Origin: an uncultured Deinococcaceae bacterium
GTDB lineage: Bacteria > Deinococcota > Deinococci > Deinococcales > Deinococcaceae
Direction of reading: 5' to 3'
Length of the DNA stretch: 64,000 bases
Assembly (NCBI GenBank): GCA_963714515.1
Contig: CAVQOU010000001.1
Coordinates: forward strand, 205,637-269,636
A program made the position numbers and the translations under genes. Positions 16,363 through 25,412 of this stretch are shown piece by piece. Position 1 is the first letter of the stretch. Every line of letters begins with the position of its first letter. Below the pieces are notes generated by a model. The model did no database searches. It saw only the letters and a program-made list of their open reading frames with translations, and was not told the origin of the DNA.

Positions 16363-17751
16363 ATGACCCTTGCCATGGACACTCAGGCCCACGCCGAACT
16401 GCTTGGTCACTTCGGCGAGCGCTATTCGCACGCCCCCGGCGTCCTGGCGCAGCACGGACAGGACGAGGGCGGGGCCGAAACGCATCTGCCCGAGGCGGTG
16501 GTGTTCGCCCGCAGCGAGGCCGACGTGAAGGTGGTGCTGGAGGTGGCGCGGCGCTTCTCGCTGCCGGTGACCCCGTTCGCGGCGGGCAGCAGCCTGGAAG
16601 GTCAGCTGGCGCCAGTGCGCGGCGGCATCTCGCTCGATGTCTCGCAGATGGACCGGGTGCTGGACGTGCAGCCGCAGGGCTTTCTCGCCACCGTGCAGCC
16701 GGGCGTGACCTACCCGGCGCTCAACAAGCTGCTGCGGCCCCACGGCCTGTTCTTTCCGGTGGACCCCGGCGCTCCGGCCACGCTGGGCGGCATGGCGGCC
16801 ACCAACGCTTCCGGCACTGGGGCGGTGCGCTACGGCACCATGCGCGACAACGTGCTGGAACTGCGGGCCACCTTGCCCAGCGGCGAGTCGCTGCGGCTGG
16901 GCAGCAAGGCCCGCAAGAGCAGCGCCGGGTATGACCTCAAGAACCTGCTGATCGGCTCGGAGGGCACGCTGGGCGTCATCACCGAACTCACCGTCAAGCT
17001 GCACCCGCTGCCCAGCCATCTGGCGGTGCTGCGCGGTCACTTCGGGAGCACCGAACTGGCGGCCCACTGCGCGGCCAGCGTCATGCAGGCGGGGCTTCAG
17101 CCCGAGCGGCTGGAACTGATGGACGAGCGCCAGTTGCGGGCCGTCAATTTGCACGAGGGCACGACTTATCCCGAAGCGCCGACCCTCTGGATCGAGCTCG
17201 CGGCCCCCAGCCTCACGGCGCTCGGCGAAGCGCTCAGCCTCTGCGCCGAGCTGTGCCGGGAGGGCGGCGCCGAGGGCCTGCGAACCGCCCGCAGCGAGGC
17301 CGAACGCGCCCAGCTGTGGGAGGTCCGCCACCACGCCTACTACGCCGCCCGCGCCCTGCACCCCGGCCACCGCCTGCTGACCACCGATCTGTGCGTGCCG
17401 CTGCATCAGCTGGCCCCGGTGATCGCCTTCACCCACCGCCTCTGCGCCGAGCACGACCTGGACGCCAGCTTCGTGGGCCACGTCGGCGACGGCAATTTTC
17501 ATGTGCTGTTTCACGCGCTGCCGGACGACACCGAGACCTGGCAGACGATCCACCACGTCTACGACCTGATGGTCGGCGAGGCCCTGGCGGTGGGCGGCAC
17601 CTGTAGCGGCGAACACGGCATCGGCCTGCACAAACCGCGTCACCTGGCCCGCGAACACGGCGATTTGCTGGCCCTGATGCGCGGCGTCAAGGCGCTGTTC
17701 GATCCGCAGGGCCTGATGAACCCCGGCAAGATCTTTGAGGCTGAGGATTGA
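16363..17751 (+). CDS. FAD-linked D-2-hydroxyacid oxidoreductase (GlcD / D-lactate dehydrogenase family)
   Basis: GSSLEG, FPVDPG, GYDL..LLIGSEGTLG, GHVGDGNFH, GEHGIG, DPQGLMNPGK. Confidence 0.92.
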   Translation: MTLAMDTQAHAELLGHFGERYSHAPGVLAQHGQDEGGAETHLPEAVVFARSEADVKVVLEVARRFSLPVTPFAAGSSLEGQLAPVRGGISLDVSQMDRVLDVQPQGFLATVQPGVTYPALNKLLRPHGLFFPVDPGAPATLGGMAATNASGTGAVRYGTMRDNVLELRATLPSGESLRLGSKARKSSAGYDLKNLLIGSEGTLGVITELTVKLHPLPSHLAVLRGHFGSTELAAHCAASVMQAGLQPERLELMDERQLRAVNLHEGTTYPEAPTLWIELAAPSLTALGEALSLCAELCREGGAEGLRTARSEAERAQLWEVRHHAYYAARALHPGHRLLTTDLCVPLHQLAPVIAFTHRLCAEHDLDASFVGHVGDGNFHVLFHALPDDTETWQTIHHVYDLMVGEALAVGGTCSGEHGIGLHKPRHLAREHGDLLALMRGVKALFDPQGLMNPGKIFEAED

Positions 17752-17860
17752 GGGTGGGGATTGAGAGCGGCGCACCCGTTTGAACTTTTCGGCGGCGGTC
17801 GGCGTACCTTCTTTGCAGGACAGCTCTTCCCTCTCCTTCCCCGCTTATCCTGAGGCTGTT

Positions 17861-18763
17861 TTGATTCCACCGACCACCCCACATCCCGACGACCCGGTTG
17901 AACTGCACTTTGCGCCGCAAGGCCGCGCGGCGCAGCTCAAGTTTTCAGTGTTGGGCCGACCGCTGATCTGGAAGCAGCTGCGCGAGGCCGGGCGCTCGCC
18001 CGCCGATTTGAGCGTGCAGCAGCGCTTCCGGGTGCAGCAGCGCTTCAGCCGCCGCCTGCTGCGTCACCTTCAGGTCAACTTGGAGCTGAGGGGCCTGGAG
18101 CACCTGGGTCAAGGACCGTACCTGATCGCGTCGCTGCACGAGGGCATCGCCGACGTGCTGTGCCTCTTGCAGTTGCCGCTGCCGATGCGTTTCGTGGCGC
18201 GGCGCGAGATCTTCGGCTGGCCGGAAGTGGGACCCGTCATTACCCGGCTGGGCCACCTGTCCATCAACCCCGAGCACCCGCTGGGCGGGTTTCGTGACCT
18301 GTGGCGCGGAGCCGACAGGATTCTGGCGGGCGGCGAGAGCCTGGCCGTCTTTCCGCAGGGGGCCATCGCGGGGATTCAGAGCGACTTCCACCGGGGCGTC
18401 TTTGAGGTGGCGCGGCGGCTGGGCGCTCCCATTCTCCCGGTGGCGATGTCCGGTACCCACCGCGTCTGGGAGCATCCCTTTGCGCCCACGCTGCGCTACG
18501 GCCAGCGGGTGGCCCTGACCGTGCTGCCGCCGATCAGCGTCGGGGAAGTGCACAGCCTCAACCTCGACGCCCTGCGCGTCCGGACCCGCCGGGCCATGAA
18601 GGCGGCGGCCCTGGCCCCCGAATCCGCCGCCCGCCCGCACTTTCGATCCGGACCGCGACGGCTACTGGGACGGCTATCAGTCTCGACATCGACCCCGACT
18701 TTCCCGAACTGGCCCGGAAGATGGCCGAGCCACCGCGCCGCCTTTCTGCGAGGTACCGCATGA
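17861..18763 (+). CDS. Lysophospholipid acyltransferase (PlsC-like); indels near the 3' end, start uncertain
   Basis: HxxxxD (HEGIAD), RFVARREI, FPQG, PILPV; stop overlaps the next ATG (ATGA). Confidence 0.75.
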   Translation: MIPPTTPHPDDPVELHFAPQGRAAQLKFSVLGRPLIWKQLREAGRSPADLSVQQRFRVQQRFSRRLLRHLQVNLELRGLEHLGQGPYLIASLHEGIADVLCLLQLPLPMRFVARREIFGWPEVGPVITRLGHLSINPEHPLGGFRDLWRGADRILAGGESLAVFPQGAIAGIQSDFHRGVFEVARRLGAPILPVAMSGTHRVWEHPFAPTLRYGQRVALTVLPPISVGEVHSLNLDALRVRTRRAMKAAALAPESAARPHFRSGPRRLLGRLSVSTSTPTFPNWPGRWPSHRAAFLRGTA

Positions 18764-19968
18764 ACCGTATTCTGATTCCTGACCGCGCTCCTCGGCCTCG
18801 TGCCTGCCCGCGCCCAGACCACCCAGAGCTGGGCCACCATCCAAAAACAGGCCCAGGGCCAGACCGTCAATTTCTATATGTGGGGCGGCTCGGACGACAT
18901 CAACAAGTACGTGGACACGGTGGTGGCCCCCGCCGCCAAGAAGCTGGGCGTGACGCTGCGCCGGGTGCCGGTCTCGGATACCGTGCAGGCCGTCAACAAG
19001 GTGCTGGGCGAAAAGCAGGCGGGCAAGAACACCGGCGGCAGCGTCGACATGATCTGGATCAACGGCGAGAACTTCAGGAGTGCCGCACCAGGCCAAGCTG
19101 CTCCAGACCGGCTGGGCCGAATCGCTCCCCAATGCCAGGTACGTCAACTGGCAAAGTCCGGCCATCCGCAACGATTTCGGGTTCCCGGTCAACGGCTCGG
19201 AGTCGCCCTGGGGCAGCTCGCAGTGGCAGTACGTCTACGACAGTGCGCGGGTCAAGGCAGCGGACCTGCCGCGCAGCTTTGCAGGCGCTGGCGACGTGGA
19301 TTGAGGCGCATCCGGGCCGCTTCACCTTTCCCGCGCCGCCCAACTTCTCCGGCAACCGCTTTCTGAGGCAGGCCATGTTTGAGCTGGCGGGCGGGCAGGC
19401 GCAGTTCGTGGGGCCGTACAAGCCTGAGCTGTGGGCCAAGACCTCGCCGATACTCTGGAACTATGTCAAGACCATCCAGCCGAACCTGTGGCGGCGGAGG
19501 CCAGACCTTCCCGGCCGACGTGCCGAACCTGTACTCGCTGTTTGCCAACGGCGAGATCGACTTTGCTTTCGTGCAGAACATCGCTGGAATCGCGGCCGAG
19601 GTGAAAAGCGGCGTTCTGCCCACCGACGGCGCGGGTCTTCGTATTCGACGCCGGAACCGTGACCGACACGCACTACGTCGCCATTCCCTACAACTCGGCC
19701 AACGCCGCTGGGGCCAAGGTCGTGGCCAACCTGATGCTGACGCCTGAACTGCAACTCGCCAAGCTGTCGGGCAACCTGTGGGGCGACGGACTGGGCATTG
19801 ATCCCAGTAGGGTCAGTCAACAGCTTCCAGACCCAGGTGAAAGCGGCGCTGAAGGTCGGTCCCTATACCCTGGACCCGGCGCTGCTGAGCAGCAAGGCTT
19901 TCAGCGACGTGGACTCTCAGTACGACAAGAACGTGCAGGACGGCTTCAAGAAGGAAATTTTGAAGTGA
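18760..19968 (+). CDS. ABC substrate-binding protein, YnjB-like; several frameshifts
   Basis: Fragments GQTVNFYMWGGS, GSVDMIWINGENF, ESPWG, HPGRFTFPAPPNFSG, HYVAIPYN..GAKVVAN in successive frames. Confidence 0.8.
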
Positions 19969-19972
19969 GCGC

Positions 19973-20831
19973 TTGAGAGCACGTCCTGCCCTTTCTGCCT
20001 GCGCTGCTCATCACCACCCTGCTGTTCGGCGGCGGGCTGCTGCTGAGCGGCCTGCAAAGCCTGGGCTACTCGCCCGCGCTGGGCCAGACCGCGCTGAGCC
20101 TGAACGCTTACCGTGCCCTGTTCGCCGACCACACCTTCTGGGACGCGCTGGCCCTCACGGCCTGGGTGGCGGCGGGCAGCACGGCGGCGGCGGCGGCGCT
20201 GGGCACGGCCTTTGCGGTTGCGCTGCATAGGGTGGGCCGGCGCTCAGCGGGCGCGGGTGGGCGCTTGCGTTTTCTGTTCGGCCTTACCCTGCCGGTTCCG
20301 CATCTGGTCGCCTCCATCCTGACGCTGCTGCTGATCTCGCAGAGCGGCCTGCTCTCGCGCTTCACGGCGGCGGCGGGCCTCACCGCCGGGCCGCAGGACT
20401 TCCCGGCGCTGCTCTACGATCCGCGCGGGCTGGGCATCATGCTGGAGCTGATCTGGAAGGAAACGCCCTTCATCGGCCTCAACGTGCTGGCGGCCCTGAC
20501 GCAGCTCGACCCGCGCCTCCAGGACGTGGCCCGCACGCTGGGGGCCGGACGTTGGACCCGTTTTGTTCGTGTCACACTGCCGCTGATCCGCCCGGCGCTG
20601 CTCTCCAGCGGCATCCTGGTGTTCGCCTTTACCCTGTCGTCGTTCGAGGTGCCGGCCCTGCTGGGGGCCACCTCGCCCACCACGCTGCCGGTGCTGGCGT
20701 ACCGCGCCTTTACCGACACCGACCTGACGGCGCGGTCTATGGCGATGGCGATCAGCATGCTGGTGGCCCTGCTCGGCGTGGGGCTGGTGTGGGGTTACGT
20801 GCGGGTGCAGGCGCTGGGGCGACGGAATTAG
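19973..20831 (+). CDS. ABC permease (like the N-half of YnjC); indel near the start
   Basis: VPHLVA, WKETPF, ARTLGA EAA loop, FEVPALLG. Confidence 0.85.
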
Positions 20832-21595
20832 CCTTTGCGGGCCGCCACCAGCATGTCATTCATCCGCTGGAAAAAAGCGTCGTACTCGCCGCGCTTCTCG
20901 GCAAAGCGCTGAGCCTGGACGCGCTGCACCAGCACCTCCTTGACGTCCGGCTCCCGGCCCAGAATGTCCATCGTCTCGGCCACGTACTCATCGAGCGGCA
21001 TGGCGTTGGGGTCATTGGCCTGCCGCTCACCCTGCAAGCTTGTCCGCACATACGGCGGCACCAGTTCGATGACCTCCACGTTGGTGTCCGCGAGCTGGTA
21101 GCGCATCGCCTGGGTGTACGAATGAATGGCCGCCTTGGTGGCGCTGTAGGCCGGGTTGAGCGAGAGCGGCACGTAGGCCAGCCCCGAGGTGACAGTCAGC
21201 ACGGCGGCTTTCGGCTGCTCCAGCAGGTGCGGCAGCAGCGCCGAGTTGAGCCGGATGGGGCCGAGCAGGTTGGTGGCAATGTGGGCCTCGGCAATATCCG
21301 TCTCGCCTTTTTTGAGGTCTTCCTCGGCCATCATGCCCGCGTTGTGAATCACGGCGTTGAGGCTGGGGAAGTCGCGAATAAGCTGCTGGGCGACCCGCCG
21401 AATCTCGGCCTGGTCGCTGACATCCAGCTGGACGGCGGCCATGCCGGGATGCGCCGCCACCGTTGCGTCCAGCGATGTCTGGTTGCGGCCCGCGATGATG
21501 ACGGTGTTGCCCAGCGCGTGAAAAGCGGAGGCCAGTCCCTGCCCGATGCCCGAATTGCCGCCGGTGATCAGCATGGTGTTGCCGGTGAGTTGCAT
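20828..21595 (-). CDS. Short-chain dehydrogenase (DltE-like)
   Basis: TGGNSGIG, NAG, YSATK, IELVPPYV. Confidence 0.92.
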   Translation of the reverse strand: MQLTGNTMLITGGNSGIGQGLASAFHALGNTVIIAGRNQTSLDATVAAHPGMAAVQLDVSDQAEIRRVAQQLIRDFPSLNAVIHNAGMMAEEDLKKGETDIAEAHIATNLLGPIRLNSALLPHLLEQPKAAVLTVTSGLAYVPLSLNPAYSATKAAIHSYTQAMRYQLADTNVEVIELVPPYVRTSLQGERQANDPNAMPLDEYVAETMDILGREPDVKEVLVQRVQAQRFAEKRGEYDAFFQRMNDMLVAARKG

Positions 21596-21797
21596 GTCCC
21601 GATGCTAAACTCATCCCTGACTTTTGGGAAGTAAGCTCCGCCAAGTTCCATGCCGCCCAGCAGGAGAGTGAAGTGTGATAAGAAAAAATCTATCCTTCAC
21701 CGCTCCTTATCGTCCGTCCAAGGCCCAGACGGACCCCGCACTTGGCACGCCGGCGCGGCGGGCCTTTGCTGAGCGGGCCGCCGAGTAGCGCCCGGAA

Positions 21798-22580
21798 GTG
21801 ACCTCTTCCCTGCTCAAGTCCAGCCTCACCCTTGGGCTCAGTGTCTCGGCCCTGCTGCCTGCCGCCCTGCTGCTCGTCTGGTCATTCGCGGGCCGCTGGT
21901 ACTATCCGGCGCTCTTGCCCTCCGAGTGGAGTCTGCGGGCCTGGCAATCGGTGTTCGCTCCTACCTCGCAAATCTGGGCGGCGCTGTGGGGCAGCTTGTG
22001 GGTGGCCTCGCTGACGGCCCTGCTGGGCACCTTGATCGCCCTGCCCGCTGCCCGCGCCCTCAGCCTGGGCCGCTTGAAGGCGCGGGGGCTCCTCACGGCC
22101 CTGCTGCTCGCGCCGCTGGTGCTGCCTTCGTTTGCCAGCGTGATGGGCATTCAGGTGGTGTTTATCCGGCTGGGGCTGGCCGACACCCGGAGCGGCGTGG
22201 TGCTGGCCCACCTGATTCCGGTGGTGCCTTACGCGGTGGTGCTGCTCAGCGGCGTCTTCGGCGGCTACGACCCCCGGCTGGAGCAGGTGGCCCGCACGCT
22301 GGGAGCGCGGCGCGGGCACATCTGGTGGCGGGTGACGCTGCCGCTGCTGCTGCCGGGGGTGCTCGTCAGCCTGCTGTTCGCCTTCCTGGTGTCGTGGAGC
22401 GAGTACCTGCTGACGTTGATCGTGGGCGGCGGGCAGGTGCTGACCCTGCCGCTGCTGCTGTTTTCTGCCGTGCAGGGCGGCGACTACGCGATTACCGGTG
22501 CACTCAGCCTCATCTATATCGCGCCCACCCTGCTGATCTTCGCCCTGATCTTGCCGCGCGTGAGGGGGTGGTGCACCTGA
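21798..22580 (+). CDS. ABC permease (like the C-half of YnjC)
   Basis: WYYPALLP, AHLIPVVPY, ARTLGA, FLVSWSEY..TLIVGGG. Confidence 0.9.
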   Translation: MTSSLLKSSLTLGLSVSALLPAALLLVWSFAGRWYYPALLPSEWSLRAWQSVFAPTSQIWAALWGSLWVASLTALLGTLIALPAARALSLGRLKARGLLTALLLAPLVLPSFASVMGIQVVFIRLGLADTRSGVVLAHLIPVVPYAVVLLSGVFGGYDPRLEQVARTLGARRGHIWWRVTLPLLLPGVLVSLLFAFLVSWSEYLLTLIVGGGQVLTLPLLLFSAVQGGDYAITGALSLIYIAPTLLIFALILPRVRGWCT

Positions 22581-23605
22581 CCCGCCTCAAGATCAGCGGC
22601 CTGAGCAAGGCCTACGGCAGCGAGACGGTCCTGAAGGGCATTCATCTGGCGGTGGCGTCGGGCGAGCGCTTCGCCCTGCTGGGCGCGTCGGGCAGCGGCA
22701 AGAGTACCCTGCTGCGCGTCGTCGCGGGCCTGGAGGAGGCCCAGAGCGGGGACGTGCAACTGGACGGGCAGAGCATTCTGAGCATTCCCGCCGAGCGGCG
22801 CGGTATCGGTCTGGTGTTCCAGCAACCGCTGCTCTTTCCGCACCTGACGGTCGAGCGCAACCTCTCGTTCGGCCCGACCCTGCGGGGCCGCTCAGCCAGG
22901 GACACCGCGCCCGCTATTGAGAAGATGCTCGCTCAAACGGGCCTGAGCGGGTACGGCAAGCGCTTTCCGCATCAGCTCTCGGGCGGTCAGGAGCAGCGGG
23001 TGGCCCTGGCACGGGCGCTGATGACCGGCCCCAGGCTGCTGCTGCTCGACGAACCGTTCAGCGCCCTGGACGCGCCGCTGAGACGCAAGATGCGCCGCTG
23101 GGTGGTGGAACTTCAGAAAGCGGCCGGAACGACCTTGCTGCTGGTCACCCACGATCAGGAGGAGGCCCTGGCGGTGGCCGAGCGCATCGGCTTTCTGGAG
23201 GGCGGGCGCTTGCAGCAGGTGGGCGAGCCGGAGGATTTCTTTGCCCGGCCCGCGACGCTCAGCGTGGCCCGCTTCTTCGGCGGGCAGAACTTCGTGGCGG
23301 GCATTCAGCGCGGCCCGCTGGTGCAAACGCCCCTCGGTTCCTTCCAGACGCCCCTCCAGCACAATGGTCCGGTCACCTTGACCTTCCGCCCGGAAGCGCT
23401 GCAACCCGCAGACACGCAGGTCAACACCTTCCGGGTCGTCGTTTGCGCCGCGACGTTTGGTGGGACCTATCGGCACTACGATCTGGAGGCAGGCGGTCTC
23501 AAACTGGTCTGGCACGCCCCACCCACCCTGCGCCTTGAAGTGGGCGAGCGCGTGACACTGCATTGCCCGCCGCAAAGCTGCTGGACCATTCCTGCCGAGA
23601 ACTAA
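22568..23605 (+). CDS. ABC ATP-binding protein (PotA/YnjD-like, C-terminal TOBE-like region)
   Basis: GASGSGKST, LSGGQEQR, LLLDEP, VTHD. Confidence 0.92.
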   Translation: MVHLTRLKISGLSKAYGSETVLKGIHLAVASGERFALLGASGSGKSTLLRVVAGLEEAQSGDVQLDGQSILSIPAERRGIGLVFQQPLLFPHLTVERNLSFGPTLRGRSARDTAPAIEKMLAQTGLSGYGKRFPHQLSGGQEQRVALARALMTGPRLLLLDEPFSALDAPLRRKMRRWVVELQKAAGTTLLLVTHDQEEALAVAERIGFLEGGRLQQVGEPEDFFARPATLSVARFFGGQNFVAGIQRGPLVQTPLGSFQTPLQHNGPVTLTFRPEALQPADTQVNTFRVVVCAATFGGTYRHYDLEAGGLKLVWHAPPTLRLEVGERVTLHCPPQSCWTIPAEN

Positions 23606-24348
23606 CTTCCGCCGAGCGTTTTGAGGCGCTCTCGCACCGTGATTTGATCGTAACGCTGCCAGTACGTCTGCGGCGTCAGGGCCAATGCCGCTTGTAAGAT
23701 GCCTTGAGCCTCGGCCTTCAAAGCGGCAGCCCGGCGGGCGTCATGGTCGGCCAGCAGTAGCAGCCCATCGGCGTAGCTGAGTCGAAAAAAGACCTCATCC
23801 GGCTGCAAGCCAATGGCACGGCGGTAATTCCCCCGCATGGCCGACTCACTGGCCCCGGTGGCCAAGCGCACGAGTGGACCGAGCGCCAGCGCCTGGGCAT
23901 TCCAGGTGCCCAGCCCCACCCAGGCCCGCGCCGCACCCGGATCGAGTTTGACCGCCTGATCAAACAGCCGTTTGATCTCCACTCCCTTCTGGGTGGCTTC
24001 CACCAGCCCCGCGCCCTGAAGCTGCAAGGCCAGCGCATACGCCAGTTCGGTTGGGGCCTCGGCGTTGTTGGCGTCGGCCGCAACTGCCTGACGGGCCGCC
24101 AGTTCCGAGGCCTGATAAAGCCGCTTCTTGTCGGCCAGCGTTTTGACAAACAGCGACTGCCCGACGTAGGCGCGGGCCAGCAGCACCAGCGAGGGCGCAT
24201 CCTGCTTCTCCTTAAGCAGCTTCACGGCGGTGTCCACCTGCCCGGCCATCAGGGCCGTGTAAGCCTCGCTGGTCGGTGCGGCCCTCACGCCCGGCCAGAG
24301 CAGGCTGACACCCACCAGCAGCCACGCGGCCCGGCGATGCAGGCTCAC
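23602..24348 (-). CDS. Exported helical-repeat (TPR-like) hypothetical protein
   Basis: N-terminal signal peptide; AVKLDP and AIGLQP TPR-like helix ends; GTGA-coupled to the FMO gene. Confidence 0.7.
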   Translation of the reverse strand: MSLHRRAAWLLVGVSLLWPGVRAAPTSEAYTALMAGQVDTAVKLLKEKQDAPSLVLLARAYVGQSLFVKTLADKKRLYQASELAARQAVAADANNAEAPTELAYALALQLQGAGLVEATQKGVEIKRLFDQAVKLDPGAARAWVGLGTWNAQALALGPLVRLATGASESAMRGNYRRAIGLQPDEVFFRLSYADGLLLLADHDARRAAALKAEAQGILQAALALTPQTYWQRYDQITVRERLKTLGGS

Positions 24349-25412
24349 CCCGGCCTCCCCAGTGTCTTTGCCAGCTCACCGACGACAAATCTGGCATCCG
24401 GCCCCGCCGCCCGCAGCGTGCCAGACGCGACGGTGCGCTGCCCCGGCAGGCCGACGAAGTAAAGTCCCGGCAGTGTAGTGCTGACACCCGAACGCTGGCA
24501 GGGTTCGCCTTCACTGTCCACCGTCATGTCCGGCAAATAGCTCCCGTTGAAGCCGTACCCGGTCGCAAAAATCACGCTGTCCACCTGCTCACATCGTCCA
24601 TTGGTCCACTCTAGGCCGCCGGGGATGAACGTCCTGAACATCGGCTGAAGGTCGGGATTGCCGCCCGCAAAGGCCGAACGCAGGCCCGGCACGGCGATCA
24701 CCGGCTGCGCGTCCGGTACGCGTCCGAAGCGGCCCAGCGGCAGCCGCTCTACGCCGCTGATGCTCAGCCAGTCGGTCAGGTCCAGGCCCAGCGGGCGCTG
24801 CGGAAAAAGGTACGGCGGGCGGCGCGACGCCAGCGTGACCCGCGCCACCCGGCCCAATTCGGCGGCGATCTGCGCTCCGGAATTGCCCGCTCCGACGACG
24901 ACCACCCGCTGCCCGGCGAATGGCTGGGCGTCTCGGTATTCGGAAGAGTGCAACAGCCTGCCGCCGAACGACGATTGCCCAGGCAGCTCCGGCACCTTCG
25001 GATGCCGGAAAGTGCCGGAGGCGCACACCACCGTCCGCGCGGCCCAGCTCCGGCCATCCTGCGCCGTCACCTTGAAAGTCCCCTCCCCCCGTTCAACCGA
25101 GACGACCTGTGCGCTCCGTTCCACCGGGAAGGCGAAGTAAGCGGCGTAGGCCCGGAGATAGGTGGCCACCTCGTCGCGGCTGGGATAGCGCTGCGGCGCA
25201 CCGGCAAAGGCCAGCCCCGGCAGAGCCGAGTGACGGGCGGGCGTGAAGAGGGTCAGGCTATCGTAGTAGGCAGGCCACGCTCCCTGGGTTTCGCGCTCGG
25301 CCTCCAGCACCGCGAAGCTTAAGCCAGAGCGCTGCATCCAGTAGGCCGCCGCCAGCCCCGCCGACCCACCGCCGATGACCAACGCGTCCAGCACCAGCGT
25401 TGAATTCCTCAA
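24345..25412 (-). CDS. Flavin-containing monooxygenase (ArsO/CzcO-like)
   Basis: GGGSAG, W...YDSL.LFTP, LHSSEY, GAGNSG, DSVIFATGY. Confidence 0.9.
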   Translation of the reverse strand: MRNSTLVLDALVIGGGSAGLAAAYWMQRSGLSFAVLEAERETQGAWPAYYDSLTLFTPARHSALPGLAFAGAPQRYPSRDEVATYLRAYAAYFAFPVERSAQVVSVERGEGTFKVTAQDGRSWAARTVVCASGTFRHPKVPELPGQSSFGGRLLHSSEYRDAQPFAGQRVVVVGAGNSGAQIAAELGRVARVTLASRRPPYLFPQRPLGLDLTDWLSISGVERLPLGRFGRVPDAQPVIAVPGLRSAFAGGNPDLQPMFRTFIPGGLEWTNGRCEQVDSVIFATGYGFNGSYLPDMTVDSEGEPCQRSGVSTTLPGLYFVGLPGQRTVASGTLRAAGPDARFVVGELAKTLGRPG

